Origin: Candidatus Eiseniibacteriota bacterium
Lineage (GTDB): Bacteria; Eisenbacteria; RBG-16-71-46
NCBI GenBank assembly: GCA_963717935.1
Contig: CAVQXP010000004.1
Location: forward strand, 928,001-992,000
Length of the DNA stretch: 64,000 nucleotides
Direction of reading: 5' to 3'
A model generated the notes under the pieces. It was not told where the DNA came from, searched no databases, and saw nothing but the letters and a program-made list of their open reading frames with translations. Below are positions 51,878 to 60,693 of this stretch, in pieces (the stretch's first letter is position 1; each line of letters begins with the position of its first letter). Made by a program: the position numbers and the translations under genes.

Positions 51878-52788
51878 GCGCGCTCTCCGTGCTGCCGCCG
51901 CTCTGCGCGCTGCTGCTGGCGCCCCTGTTGCCCGGGATCATCACCCGCACGCGCTGCTGGCTCACCGGCCGCGGGGGCCCGCCGCTGCTGCAGACCTACG
52001 CTGACCTCGGCAAGCTGCTGGCGAAGGGCGCCGTCTACAGTCGCACGACGACCGGCGTGTTCCGCGCCGGTTCGCTGGTGGGTCTCGCGGCGGTGGCGAC
52101 GGCCGCGGCGCTGGTGCCCTTCGGCACCGCGGCCGCGCCGCTGGCGTTCCCCGGCGACCTCGTCCTGCTCTGCGGCCTGCTGGCCCTGATGCGCTTCGTC
52201 ACCGTGCTCGCCGCCCTCGACACCGGCTCGGCCTTCGAGGGCATGGGCGCCAGCCGCGAGGTGCAGTTCGCGGCGCTCGCCGAGCCCGCACTGGTGCTGG
52301 CCCTGGCGGTGGTCGTGCGCAGCACCGGGAGCCTGTCGCTCAGTGGCGCGTTCGCGGCGCTGACGCCCGCCACATGGGCGCACGAGGGCGCGGCCCTGGT
52401 CCTGGTGCTGGGCACGCTGTTCGTCGTCTACCTGACCGAGAACGCCCGCGTGCCGGTGGACGACCCGGGCACGCACCTCGAGCTGACCATGATCCACGAG
52501 GTCATGGTGCTCGACCACGGCGGGCCCGATCTGGGGCTCATCCACTACGCCGCGGCGCTCAAGCTGTGGGTGCTGGGGGCGCTGCTCGTCGGCGTCGCGC
52601 TGCCCGTACAGGGCCTTGCGACCTGGGCGGGGCTGGCGGTCGCGCTGGCGGGGATGCTCGTGCTGGCCGTGCTGGTCGGCGTGGTCGAGACGGTGATGGC
52701 GCGGCTCAAGCTCGTGCGTGTGCCGCAACTGCTCGTGGGAGCGATGGCGCTCGCGGTGCTGGCGCTGGTGCTGGTGATGCGGGGGTGA
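51874..52788 (+). CDS. hyfC: HyfC/HycD (NuoH-like) membrane subunit
   Basis: GPPLLQTYADL.KL, GSAFEGMGASRE, ENARVPVDDP.THLELTMIHE. Confidence 0.9.
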   Translation: MSALSVLPPLCALLLAPLLPGIITRTRCWLTGRGGPPLLQTYADLGKLLAKGAVYSRTTTGVFRAGSLVGLAAVATAAALVPFGTAAAPLAFPGDLVLLCGLLALMRFVTVLAALDTGSAFEGMGASREVQFAALAEPALVLALAVVVRSTGSLSLSGAFAALTPATWAHEGAALVLVLGTLFVVYLTENARVPVDDPGTHLELTMIHEVMVLDHGGPDLGLIHYAAALKLWVLGALLVGVALPVQGLATWAGLAVALAGMLVLAVLVGVVETVMARLKLVRVPQLLVGAMALAVLALVLVMRG

Positions 52789-52998
52789 GGGGGGCGCCTG
52801 GCGCGCGCGGAGGGATCCCATGTTCGAGACGATCGTGCCGCCGACGTGGGCCGCGGTGGGGTGAGATGCGTGGTATTCCTTCCGTCGAGTGGCCGGGCGT
52901 CGGCGGGCCGGTGGCGGCCGTTCATGAGAGTGTCATTCGTCGGACCGTCGTCGGTCGTCGGTTCCTGAAACGGAGACGAGAGTCAGCGTGAGCCGCCC

Positions 52999-53676
52999 AT
53001 GCAACTGACCATCCGCGAAGCGACCGTCTACCTCGGGGTCAACGAGGAGCAGGTGCGGCGCTGGATAAAGGGCCGCGGGCTGCCGGCGCACCGCATGAAC
53101 GAGCGGCTCATGCTCAACGCGATCGAGTTGTGGGAGTGGGCGACCGAGAACGGCATCGCGGTCTCGCGCGACCTGCTCGAGCAGGAGCGCGGCTCACCCG
53201 AGTCCGTCCCGTCGCTCGGCGACATGCTCGAGGCGGGGGGCATCCACCACGACGTCGGCGGCGAGGATCGCTCCGGGGTGCTGCGCGAGGTGGTGGCGCG
53301 GCTGCCGCTGCCGCCCGGGACGGACCGCGCGTTCGTCGAGGCGGTGCTCGAGGCCCGCGAGGCGATGGGCTCGACCGGCATCGGCGACGGCATCGCCATC
53401 CCGCACGTGCGCAACCCGCTGCTGCTGGGCGCGGGTGAGTCGCGGGTGATGCTCTGCCTGCTGTGCCATCCGATCGAGTTCGACGCGGTGGACGGGCTGC
53501 CGGTCTACGCGCTCTTCACCGTGGTGAGCTCGACGGTGCCGGCGCACCTGAAGATCCTGGCGCGGCTGGGCTTCGCGCTGCACGACCCGGAGCTGCGCGG
53601 GCTGCTGCGGGGCCGCGCCCCGGCCGCCGCCATCCTGGCCCGCGTGCGCGCGCTCGAACCGGCGAAGGACGCCTGA
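52999..53676 (+). CDS. Excisionase-type HTH fused to a PTS EIIA (fructose/Ntr-type) domain
   Basis: LTIREATVYLGVNEEQVRRWIK HTH; REAMGSTGIGDGIAIPH phospho-His motif. Confidence 0.88.
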   Translation: MQLTIREATVYLGVNEEQVRRWIKGRGLPAHRMNERLMLNAIELWEWATENGIAVSRDLLEQERGSPESVPSLGDMLEAGGIHHDVGGEDRSGVLREVVARLPLPPGTDRAFVEAVLEAREAMGSTGIGDGIAIPHVRNPLLLGAGESRVMLCLLCHPIEFDAVDGLPVYALFTVVSSTVPAHLKILARLGFALHDPELRGLLRGRAPAAAILARVRALEPAKDA

Positions 53677-53678
53677 CC

Positions 53679-54320
53679 GTGGAACGGCTCGGCGACGCGC
53701 TCCTGTTGCTGGTGCTGCTCACGGACCTCTCGCTGCTGGTCACCGACCGGCTGAGCGCTTCCATCCGGCTGGTCGCGCTCCAGGGTGTGCTGCTCGGGCT
53801 GGCGCCGCTCACGCTGGCGCACGTGTTCTCGCTCCACCTCGCCGCCATCGTGATCGGCACGATCGCGATCAAGGCGGTGCTGCTGCCCCGCATCCTGCTG
53901 TGGGCCATCCGCGAGGCGGAGGTGCGGCACGAGCGCCAGCCCTCGATCGGGCATCTGCCCTCGCTGCTGCTGGGGCTGGCGGTGACCGGCATCGCCTTCG
54001 GCGTCGCTGGCCGCCTGCCGGCGCTCCCGGGCCACTCGCTGCCGCTGCTGATCCCGGTCGCGCTGTCCACGCTGATGATCGGTTTCCTGCTGCTCACCAG
54101 CCGGCGCAAGGCGCTCTCGCAGGTGCTGGGTTACCTGGTGCTCGAGAACGGGATCTACCTCTTCGGGCTCACGCTGGCGGACCGCCTGCCGCTGCTGGTC
54201 GAGATGGGCGTGCTGCTGGACGTGTTCGTGGGGGCGCTGATCATGGGTCTCGTGGTCTTCCAGATCCAGCGCGAGCTGGAGACCCTCGATTCACGCGAAC
54301 TGTCGCAGCTCACGGACTGA
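53679..54320 (+). CDS. hyfE: HyfE-like membrane subunit
   Basis: QG.LL, SQVLGYLVLENGI, VEMGVLLDV. Confidence 0.85.
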   Translation: MERLGDALLLLVLLTDLSLLVTDRLSASIRLVALQGVLLGLAPLTLAHVFSLHLAAIVIGTIAIKAVLLPRILLWAIREAEVRHERQPSIGHLPSLLLGLAVTGIAFGVAGRLPALPGHSLPLLIPVALSTLMIGFLLLTSRRKALSQVLGYLVLENGIYLFGLTLADRLPLLVEMGVLLDVFVGALIMGLVVFQIQRELETLDSRELSQLTD

Positions 54321-55762
54321 TGCTCCTGCCCGCGCTGGTCCTGGTCCCGCTGCTCGGAGCGCTTGCGGCCTACCTCGACCGCTCCGCGGTACGGCGCTCG
54401 CTCTGGATCGTCGCCGTGGCCGTGGCCCACCTCGGCCTGGTGGCTCTGGCCTGGTGCGTGCGGCCCGCGCCCGCGGGACCCGGCTGGCTGGCGTTCGATC
54501 CGCTCGGCGGGCTGGTGCTCACGCTCACCAGTGTCGTGTTCCTGGCGGTCGCGCTCTACTCGGTGGGCTACCAGCGCCACGAGCCGCTGCGTGGGGGGAG
54601 GGCGTACGCGAGCTGCCTGCTGGCCTTCCTGGCCGCCGCGTCGGTCATCACGCTGACCCGCCACTTCGGGCTTCTCTGGGTGGCGATGGAGGCCACCACG
54701 CTCGCGACCGCACCGCTCATCTACGACCCGGCGGACCGCCGCTCGCTCGAGGCGGTCTGGAAGTACCTGGTGGTCTGCTCGGTGGGCATCGCGGTCGCGC
54801 TGCTGGGCGTGTTCTTCCTCGCCACCGCGCAGGTGGCGGGCGGCGCGGGCACCGGGCGCCCGCTGATGCTGGAGGACCTGCTCGCCGCGGGCCCGCTCCT
54901 GCACCCGGCCTGGCTGCGGGGCTCGTTCGTCTTCGTGCTGATCGGCTTCGGCACCAAGATGGGCCTGGCGCCGATGCACACCTGGCTGCCCGACGCGCAC
55001 GGCGAGGCGCCCTCGCCGATCTCGGCCCTACTCTCGGGGGCGCTGCTGAACCTGGCGTTCCTCGCGATCCTGCGCGAGCTGGCGGTGCTGCGGGCGGCGG
55101 AGCAGGGCGATTTCGCGGGGCCGCTGCTGGTGGGCTTCGGACTCTTCTCGGTCGCGGTGGCGGCCGCGTTCCTGTTCGGGCAGGGCAACTACAAGCGCAT
55201 GCTGGCCTACTCGAGCGTGGAGCACATGGGGATCCTCGCGGTGGGCGCTGGGTTGGCGGGGGTCGCGGCCTATGGCGCGCTGCTGCACGTGTTGAGCGCC
55301 TCGCTCGCCAAGGCGCTGCTCTTCCTGGTCGCGGGCAACGTGTGGCAGGGCACGGGCACGAAGCGCACGCGCGAAGTCACGGGCCTGGCGCGCCGGCTGC
55401 CGGTGAGCGCCGCGCTGCTGGTCGCGGGGTTCCTGGCCATCAGCGGCTCGCCGCCCTTCGGTCCGTTCCTGAGCGAGTTCACGCTGCTCACCGGCGCGGT
55501 GCGCTCGGGCGCCACGGGGACGGTCGTGGCGCTGCTGACGCTGCAGGCGCTGATCTTCATCTCGATGGGCTCGGCCATACTCGGCATGGTGCTGGGGCGC
55601 TCGCCTGCGGGGGCCGTGCCCGCGCCGCGCGAGAGCCTCTGGCTGGTCGCGCCGCCCGCGGCCCTGCTGGGGCTGGTGCTGCTGCTCGGCGTCTGGCTCC
55701 CGGAGGGCTTGCGGCAGACGCTGGCCGCGGCCGCCGCAGGCATCGGGGGCACGGCGCCATGA
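54320..55762 (+). CDS. hyfF: HyfF-like proton-translocating membrane subunit
   Basis: LWVAMEATTL, EAVWKY, GFGTKMGLAPMHTWLPDAH, KRMLAYSSVEH. Confidence 0.9.
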   Translation: MLLPALVLVPLLGALAAYLDRSAVRRSLWIVAVAVAHLGLVALAWCVRPAPAGPGWLAFDPLGGLVLTLTSVVFLAVALYSVGYQRHEPLRGGRAYASCLLAFLAAASVITLTRHFGLLWVAMEATTLATAPLIYDPADRRSLEAVWKYLVVCSVGIAVALLGVFFLATAQVAGGAGTGRPLMLEDLLAAGPLLHPAWLRGSFVFVLIGFGTKMGLAPMHTWLPDAHGEAPSPISALLSGALLNLAFLAILRELAVLRAAEQGDFAGPLLVGFGLFSVAVAAAFLFGQGNYKRMLAYSSVEHMGILAVGAGLAGVAAYGALLHVLSASLAKALLFLVAGNVWQGTGTKRTREVTGLARRLPVSAALLVAGFLAISGSPPFGPFLSEFTLLTGAVRSGATGTVVALLTLQALIFISMGSAILGMVLGRSPAGAVPAPRESLWLVAPPAALLGLVLLLGVWLPEGLRQTLAAAAAGIGGTAP

Positions 55763-57273
55763 GACTCCCCGGGCCCGAGGGTTTCCGCAACCGCCGCAGC
55801 ATCCCGTGGGCGGAAGTGCCGTGCCGCGAGGTGGCGGAGTTCCGCGGTGAGGTCGCGGGTGCGGTCGCCGCCGGCGCGCGGCTCATCTCGCTCTTCGGCC
55901 TGCCCGAAGACGATACGCGCACCCGCCTGGTCGCGGTGCTCGGCGACGACGAGCGGGCGGTGCTCGGGGTGAGCAGCGCGGTGGTCGGTACGAGCTATCC
56001 CGCCCTGACGCCGGAGTGCCCGCAGGCCCACCTGTTCGAGCGCGAGATCGCCGAGCAGTGCGGCGTCATGCCCGAGGGGCATCCGTGGCTCAAGCCGGTG
56101 CGACGCCACCCGCCCGATCACCTGCCGGCCGGACGCGCCGCAGTCGAGACCGACCGCGAGGCCTACCCGTTCTTCCAGGTGGCGGGGGAGGAGGTGCACG
56201 AGGTGGCGGTGGGGCCGGTACACGCGGGCATCATCGAGCCCGGGCACTTCCGCTTCCAGGCCCACGGCGAGGACGTGCTGTTCCTCGAGATCGTGCTGGG
56301 CTACCAGCACCGCGGGGTCGAGCGCCTGCTCGAGACGCTGCCGCCCGTGCGCGCCATGCAGGTCGCGGAGTCCATTGCCGGCGACACGGTGGTCGGGCAC
56401 GCCGAGGCGTTCTGCGGCGCGTTCGAGGCGCTCTCGCGCTGCCACAAGACACCGCGGGCGCAGGCCGTGCGCGGCTGCGCGCTGGAGCTCGAGCGGTTGG
56501 CGAACCACATCGGCGACCTGGGCGCGCTCGCCGGCGACGTGGCCTTCGCCCCCACAGCCGCGATCTGCGGGCGCGTGCGCGGCGACGTCCTCAACCTGCT
56601 CCTGGCGCTCTCGGGCAACCGCTTCGGGCGCGGCCTGGTGCGCCCGGGCGGCGTGGGCTTCGACCTGCCGGTGGCGCTGGCCGAGGCGATGCGCGCGCGC
56701 CTCAGCGCGATCGCCGCGGAGTTCGAGCAGGCAGCGGGGCTGTTCTTCGGCAGCGAGTCGGTGCAGGCGCGGCTCGAGGGCACGGGCGTGGTGCCGGCCG
56801 CGAGTTGCCGGGAGCTGGGCTTCGTCGGTCCCACCGCCCGCGCCTCGGCACTGGAGCGCGACGTGCGCCACGACCATCCCTGGGGGATCTACCGCTTCGC
56901 CCACATCCCGACCGCCACGGCGACGGGTGGCGACGCCGGGGCGCGCGCCATGGTGCGGGCGATCGAAGCACGGCGCTCGTTCGAGTTCCTGCAGGAGCAG
57001 TTGGCGGCGCTGCCGCGGGGCGAGGCGCTGTGCGCCACGCCCGGTGCGCTGGCGCCCGGCGAGTTGGTGGTGGCCCTGGCGGAGGGCTGGCGCGGCGAGA
57101 TCGCGCACGTCGCCGTGACCGACGCCGGGGGACGCGTGCGGCGCTGGAAGGTCACGGACCCGTCCTTCCGTGACTGGAGCGCGCTGGCCGTGGCGATGGC
57201 CGGCACGCCCATCTCCGATTTCCCGCTCTGCAACAAGAGCTTCAACCTGTCGTATGCGGGCCATGACCTGTAG
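55759..57273 (+). CDS. HyfG/HycE-like (NuoC+NuoD) large subunit lacking Ni-binding CxxC motifs (Ehr-type)
   Basis: VGPVHAGIIEPGHFRF; AESIAGDT in place of RxCGxC; C-terminus DFPLCNKSFNLSYAGHDL. Confidence 0.9.
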   Translation: MRLPGPEGFRNRRSIPWAEVPCREVAEFRGEVAGAVAAGARLISLFGLPEDDTRTRLVAVLGDDERAVLGVSSAVVGTSYPALTPECPQAHLFEREIAEQCGVMPEGHPWLKPVRRHPPDHLPAGRAAVETDREAYPFFQVAGEEVHEVAVGPVHAGIIEPGHFRFQAHGEDVLFLEIVLGYQHRGVERLLETLPPVRAMQVAESIAGDTVVGHAEAFCGAFEALSRCHKTPRAQAVRGCALELERLANHIGDLGALAGDVAFAPTAAICGRVRGDVLNLLLALSGNRFGRGLVRPGGVGFDLPVALAEAMRARLSAIAAEFEQAAGLFFGSESVQARLEGTGVVPAASCRELGFVGPTARASALERDVRHDHPWGIYRFAHIPTATATGGDAGARAMVRAIEARRSFEFLQEQLAALPRGEALCATPGALAPGELVVALAEGWRGEIAHVAVTDAGGRVRRWKVTDPSFRDWSALAVAMAGTPISDFPLCNKSFNLSYAGHDL

Positions 57274-57333
57274 CGCGCGCCGCCCGACGGACGCTCGCGG
57301 CGCGCGGGCCCGGTGCGCGCAAGGGGGGCAGGC

Positions 57334-58107
57334 ATGCTGAGGTACCTGCTCGGTCGGTTCCGGCGCGGCAGCCACACGCTGCCCTACCCGCACACGGTCC
57401 CGGCGTTGCCGGAGCGCTACCGGGGCCGGCCCGTGCTCGATCGCGCTCTCTGCCCGGACGGATGCCGGGCGTGTGCGGCCGCTGCGCCCTCCGGGTTCCT
57501 GCGGCTGGGCGGCGACGGGGGGCCCGCGCTGGACCTGGGCGCCTGCCTCTTCAGTCCGGAGGAGGCCGCCGCGTGCCCGGCCGGCGCGATCCGCTTCAGC
57601 GGCGAGCACCGCATGGCCGCGTCCACGCGCGCTGCGCTCGTCACGGCCACGGGCGAGGTCGAGCTGGCGCACGCGCTGGAGGCCTCGGCGCGCCGGCTCT
57701 TCGGCCGCTCGCTCCGGCTGCGCTCGGTGGTGGCGGGCAGTTGCGGAGGCTGCGAGCCGGACATCGCGGTGCTGAGCACCGTGGTCTTCGACCTCGCGCG
57801 CTTCGGCATCCAGTTCGTGGCCTCGCCACGTCACGCGGACGGCATCGTGGTCACGGGTGCGGTCAACCCGAACATGCGCCTGGCGCTCGAGAAGACCTGG
57901 CAGGCCGTGCCCGGGCCGCGGCTGGTCATCGCGGTGGGCGCCTGCGCGCTCTCGGGCGGGCCGTTCGCGACGGGCCCGCAGGGCGGGACAGGCGTGCCGG
58001 CGGACCTGCCGGTGGACCTGTGCGTGCCGGGCTGCCCGCCGCATCCGCTCACGCTGCTGGACGGGCTGCTGCGCCTGCTGGGACGCCTCGAACGCGGCGA
58101 GCGCTGA
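57334..58107 (+). CDS. Fe-S small subunit (degenerate ferredoxin + NuoB/HycG-like)
   Basis: GSCGGCE, ASPRHADG, VGACALSGG, VPGCPPHP. Confidence 0.9.
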   Translation: MLRYLLGRFRRGSHTLPYPHTVPALPERYRGRPVLDRALCPDGCRACAAAAPSGFLRLGGDGGPALDLGACLFSPEEAAACPAGAIRFSGEHRMAASTRAALVTATGEVELAHALEASARRLFGRSLRLRSVVAGSCGGCEPDIAVLSTVVFDLARFGIQFVASPRHADGIVVTGAVNPNMRLALEKTWQAVPGPRLVIAVGACALSGGPFATGPQGGTGVPADLPVDLCVPGCPPHPLTLLDGLLRLLGRLERGER

Positions 58108-58137
58108 CCGGAGGGCAAGACCGCGGCGGGAGACGGC

Positions 58138-58197
58138 GCGAGGACGAAGCACGGCGGGCCGGTCCGCAGGGACCGGCCCGCCGTGCTTCGTCCTCGC
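58138..58197. terminator. Hairpin family 3 copy B; perfect 28-bp stem between convergent genes
   Basis: GCGAGGACGAAGCACGGCGGGCCGGTCC-GCAG-GGACCGGCCCGCCGTGCTTCGTCCTCGC. Confidence 0.8.
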
Positions 58198-58845
58198 TCA
58201 GCGCGTGACGGTCACCTCGCCGCCGCGCTCGCGCAGCAACTCGCGGATCTTGGTCTTCACCAGGTCGATGGCCACCTTGTTGTGGCCGCCCTCGGGGATG
58301 ATGACGTCGGCCCAGCGCTTCGACGGCTCCACGAATTGCATGTGCATGGGCCGCACGCTCTCCTCGTACTGGCGGATGATGCTGTCGACCGAGCGCCCGC
58401 GCTCCACCAGGTCGCGCCGCAGGCGCCGGATGAAGCGCACGTCGGCATCCGCGTCGATGAACAGCTTGATGTCCATCAACTCGCGCAGCTCGGCGTCGGT
58501 GAAGATGAGGATGCCCTCGAGCACGATGATGAGGTGCTCGCCGATGTGGCGGGTCTCGTCCAGGCGGCGGTGCTCGGTGTAGTCGTAGATGGGCTGTTCG
58601 ACCGGCTCTCCCGACAGCAGCTCGCGGATGTGGCGCGTGAGCAGTCCGTTGTCGAAGGCGTCGGGATGGTCGAAGTTGCGGGACTCGCGGTCGCGGAAGG
58701 GGATGTTCTCGAGGTTCTTGTAGTAGGAGTCCTGGTCGATGATGACGACCCGGCCCGACCCCAGGTCGCGCACGATGTTCCGCGCGACCAGCGTCTTGCC
58801 GGAACCCGACCCTCCGGCGATCCCGATGAGGATTCGTCGCACCAT
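58198..58845 (-). CDS. udk: Uridine kinase
   Basis: GIAGGSGSGKT, QDSYY, NFDHPDAFD, RRLRRD..ERGR, FVEPSKRWAD. Confidence 0.96.
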   Translation of the reverse strand: MVRRILIGIAGGSGSGKTLVARNIVRDLGSGRVVIIDQDSYYKNLENIPFRDRESRNFDHPDAFDNGLLTRHIRELLSGEPVEQPIYDYTEHRRLDETRHIGEHLIIVLEGILIFTDAELRELMDIKLFIDADADVRFIRRLRRDLVERGRSVDSIIRQYEESVRPMHMQFVEPSKRWADVIIPEGGHNKVAIDLVKTKIRELLRERGGEVTVTR

Positions 58846-58918
58846 CGGGACCGCAAGTTAGCATCCGGCTCGCGCAAGGGTCAACGAGGCGCCCGCCGGC
58901 CGCGGCCGGTCCCGCGCG

Positions 58919-60274
58919 TCAGCGCTTCGGCACGAGGAGCAGGATCGCGTGGTGCGCCGGATCCCTCAGCCAGTCCGCCCAGAAGTCGAACGCCGGCGAC
59001 ACGCTGGTGTCGAAGCGGCGGCGGTACTCGGCCCAGAACACGTCGTTGCCCCAGAGCGTCTGGGAGGCGAGCGAGGTGCAGAGCACGATGAGCGCCGCCG
59101 GGTCCTGCCGTACGCCGTCGACGAGCGCCTGGGGCATCGGCCCACCCATCATCCAGAGCAGGTTGTGGCGAATGTTGTCGTAGATCTCGCGCGGGATGGC
59201 CCCGTCGAGCAGGTCGGTGATGGTCTGTCTCAGGATCGCTGCGAGGCCCCGCGGGTCGGCGGCCTGCTGCGGGTCGGGTGGTGGGTAGAGGCGCGCGAAA
59301 CCCGGATCATCCAGCAGTGAGTACTGGAAGCGCGTGACGAGCGGACGGGTCGGCGGGCCCCAGTCCAGCTTGGCCTGCCCGCCCAGCAAGAGCGTGGCCA
59401 TGAAGAACGACGGGTGGAGCGTGTCCGAAAGCGCCGGCGCCATGAGGCCCAGGACGGCCACTGGCGCATCCACCCCGGGCTGCTTCAGGACGACCGTGAC
59501 CGAGTCGAGACGCGGAGCCTGGATGGCGGGGGGGCGGTCGCCCGCGGGCAGGTCGCCGAACTCGGTGGCGACGATGGAGTGCAGGTCGAGGCCCGAGAGG
59601 TCACCGGCCAGTGCGAGCACGCCGTTCGCGGGGACGTAGGCCCGGGCGATGGCCTGCTGCACGCTGGCGGGCGTCTCGCGGTCCAGGCCCTTCGCCGCGG
59701 TCAGCGCGGCGATGGCGTCCTTGTCCAGGCCGCGGGCGTACTCGCGCACCTGCCAGTAGAGCATCTGGTCCGCGGTGCCGGAGTACTTCTCCCGCACCAT
59801 CCGGTGCACCGTGGCGAGCGAGCTGCGCAGGTCTTCGTCGGTCACCGTCACGCCGCGCATCCGCATGGCCACCTGGTGAAGCATCCCGGGGAATTGCGAG
59901 GTCGTGCCGGTCTCGTTGAACAGGGTCTGGCGCTGGGTCACGCGCAGGCTCCAGCCCTGCGGCCGAAGGCTCTCCATCTCGCCGCGCGTGCGCTCCGGCG
60001 TGTCGCCCGCCGAGGCGGTGAAGGCCACCTCGGCCAATAGCGAGGCCAGCAGCGGCCGGTCGGCGGGATCGTGGTCCAGCCCGATGCGGTAACCCCAGGA
60101 GATGGAGATCGCGCGCGTGCCGGGCACGTCGCGCGCCACGACCTCGAGGCCGTTGGGCAGCGTCCAGCGGTCCACGGTCGTGCCGTCTTCGAGTTTGCTG
60201 GGCTCGGCCTGGGTGGCCCGCGCCGCGAACAGCACGCACAGGATCAGCAGGGTGCGGATTGCGTATCGGCTCAC
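58919..60274 (-). CDS. Exported M16 (insulinase-like) peptidase homolog without the HxxEH zinc motif
   Basis: SD GAGGAG + GTG; signal peptide; TLPNGLEV, YVPANGVLALAGD; LASLLAEVAF at the HxxEH position. Confidence 0.7.
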   Translation of the reverse strand: MSRYAIRTLLILCVLFAARATQAEPSKLEDGTTVDRWTLPNGLEVVARDVPGTRAISISWGYRIGLDHDPADRPLLASLLAEVAFTASAGDTPERTRGEMESLRPQGWSLRVTQRQTLFNETGTTSQFPGMLHQVAMRMRGVTVTDEDLRSSLATVHRMVREKYSGTADQMLYWQVREYARGLDKDAIAALTAAKGLDRETPASVQQAIARAYVPANGVLALAGDLSGLDLHSIVATEFGDLPAGDRPPAIQAPRLDSVTVVLKQPGVDAPVAVLGLMAPALSDTLHPSFFMATLLLGGQAKLDWGPPTRPLVTRFQYSLLDDPGFARLYPPPDPQQAADPRGLAAILRQTITDLLDGAIPREIYDNIRHNLLWMMGGPMPQALVDGVRQDPAALIVLCTSLASQTLWGNDVFWAEYRRRFDTSVSPAFDFWADWLRDPAHHAILLLVPKR

Positions 60275-60398
60275 GTGAACTCCTCGGCTGCGGCGGCCCG
60301 GGCCGCCGGGATGATCGTGGACGGGCTTCCATTCTAGAGGCTCCGGGCGCATCGCGCATCTCCGCCAGCCTCCGCGCTGGCGCGAGCGCCAGGGGGCA

Positions 60399-60542
60399 GG
60401 CAGGGATGGCCGGAGGGCGAGCAGGGACGGCCGAAGGTGGGCAGGGATGGCCGAAGGCGGGCAGGGATGGCCGAGGGACGGGCAGGGACGGCCGAAGACA
60501 GGCAGGGACGGCCGAAGGGTGGGCAGGGATGGCCGAAGGGCG
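60399..60542 (+). repeat. Tandem array of seven 20-21 nt units (GGCAGGGAYGGCCGAAGG..)
   Basis: Units start at ~60399, 60420, 60440, 60460, 60481, 60501 and 60522; no spacers. Confidence 0.9.
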
Positions 60543-60586
60543 AGCGTGTGGGTAATTAGCCGTCCTTCGGCCATCCCTGCCCGCCC
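60517..60586 (+). repeat. Long hairpin element, family 1 copy B (25-bp stem, loop GAGCGTGTGGGTAATTAGCC)
   Basis: Arms 60517-60541 and 60562-60586 pair with two G-U; loop 19/20 identical to 16310-16329. Confidence 0.85.
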
Positions 60587-60590
60587 CCCC

Positions 60591-60655
60591 CGTGCGATAC
60601 GTGCACTGTGCGACACGTGCGCCGTGCGGCACTTGCGCCGTGCCGCGCCGTGCGC
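60591..60655 (+). repeat. Degenerate ~16-nt tandem repeat, about 4 copies (YGTGCGRYACGTGCRC)
   Basis: cgtgcgatacgtgcac / tgtgcgacacgtgcgc / cgtgcggcacttgcgc / cgtgccgcgccgtgcgc. Confidence 0.6.
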
Positions 60656-60684
60656 TTGACCCCCCCGGTCGCGCTCCCTAGACT
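60656..60684 (+). promoter_or_regulatory. sigma70-like promoter 9 nt before rpiB ATG
   Basis: TTGACC-17 nt-TAGACT. Confidence 0.6.
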
Positions 60685-60693
60685 CGCGCTCCC

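Noticed and set aside
49888..52788. 966-aa HyfB-HyfC fusion in the ORF track
   Set aside because: It is produced by the indel near 50646. The middle is out-of-frame sequence, and hyfC has its own ATG at 51874.
55759..57273. Second active NiFe hydrogenase (hydrogenase-4)
   Set aside because: Both Ni-binding CxxC motifs are absent.
60399..60542. CRISPR array
   Set aside because: The units are contiguous 20-21 nt repeats with no unique spacers, and no cas genes are present.
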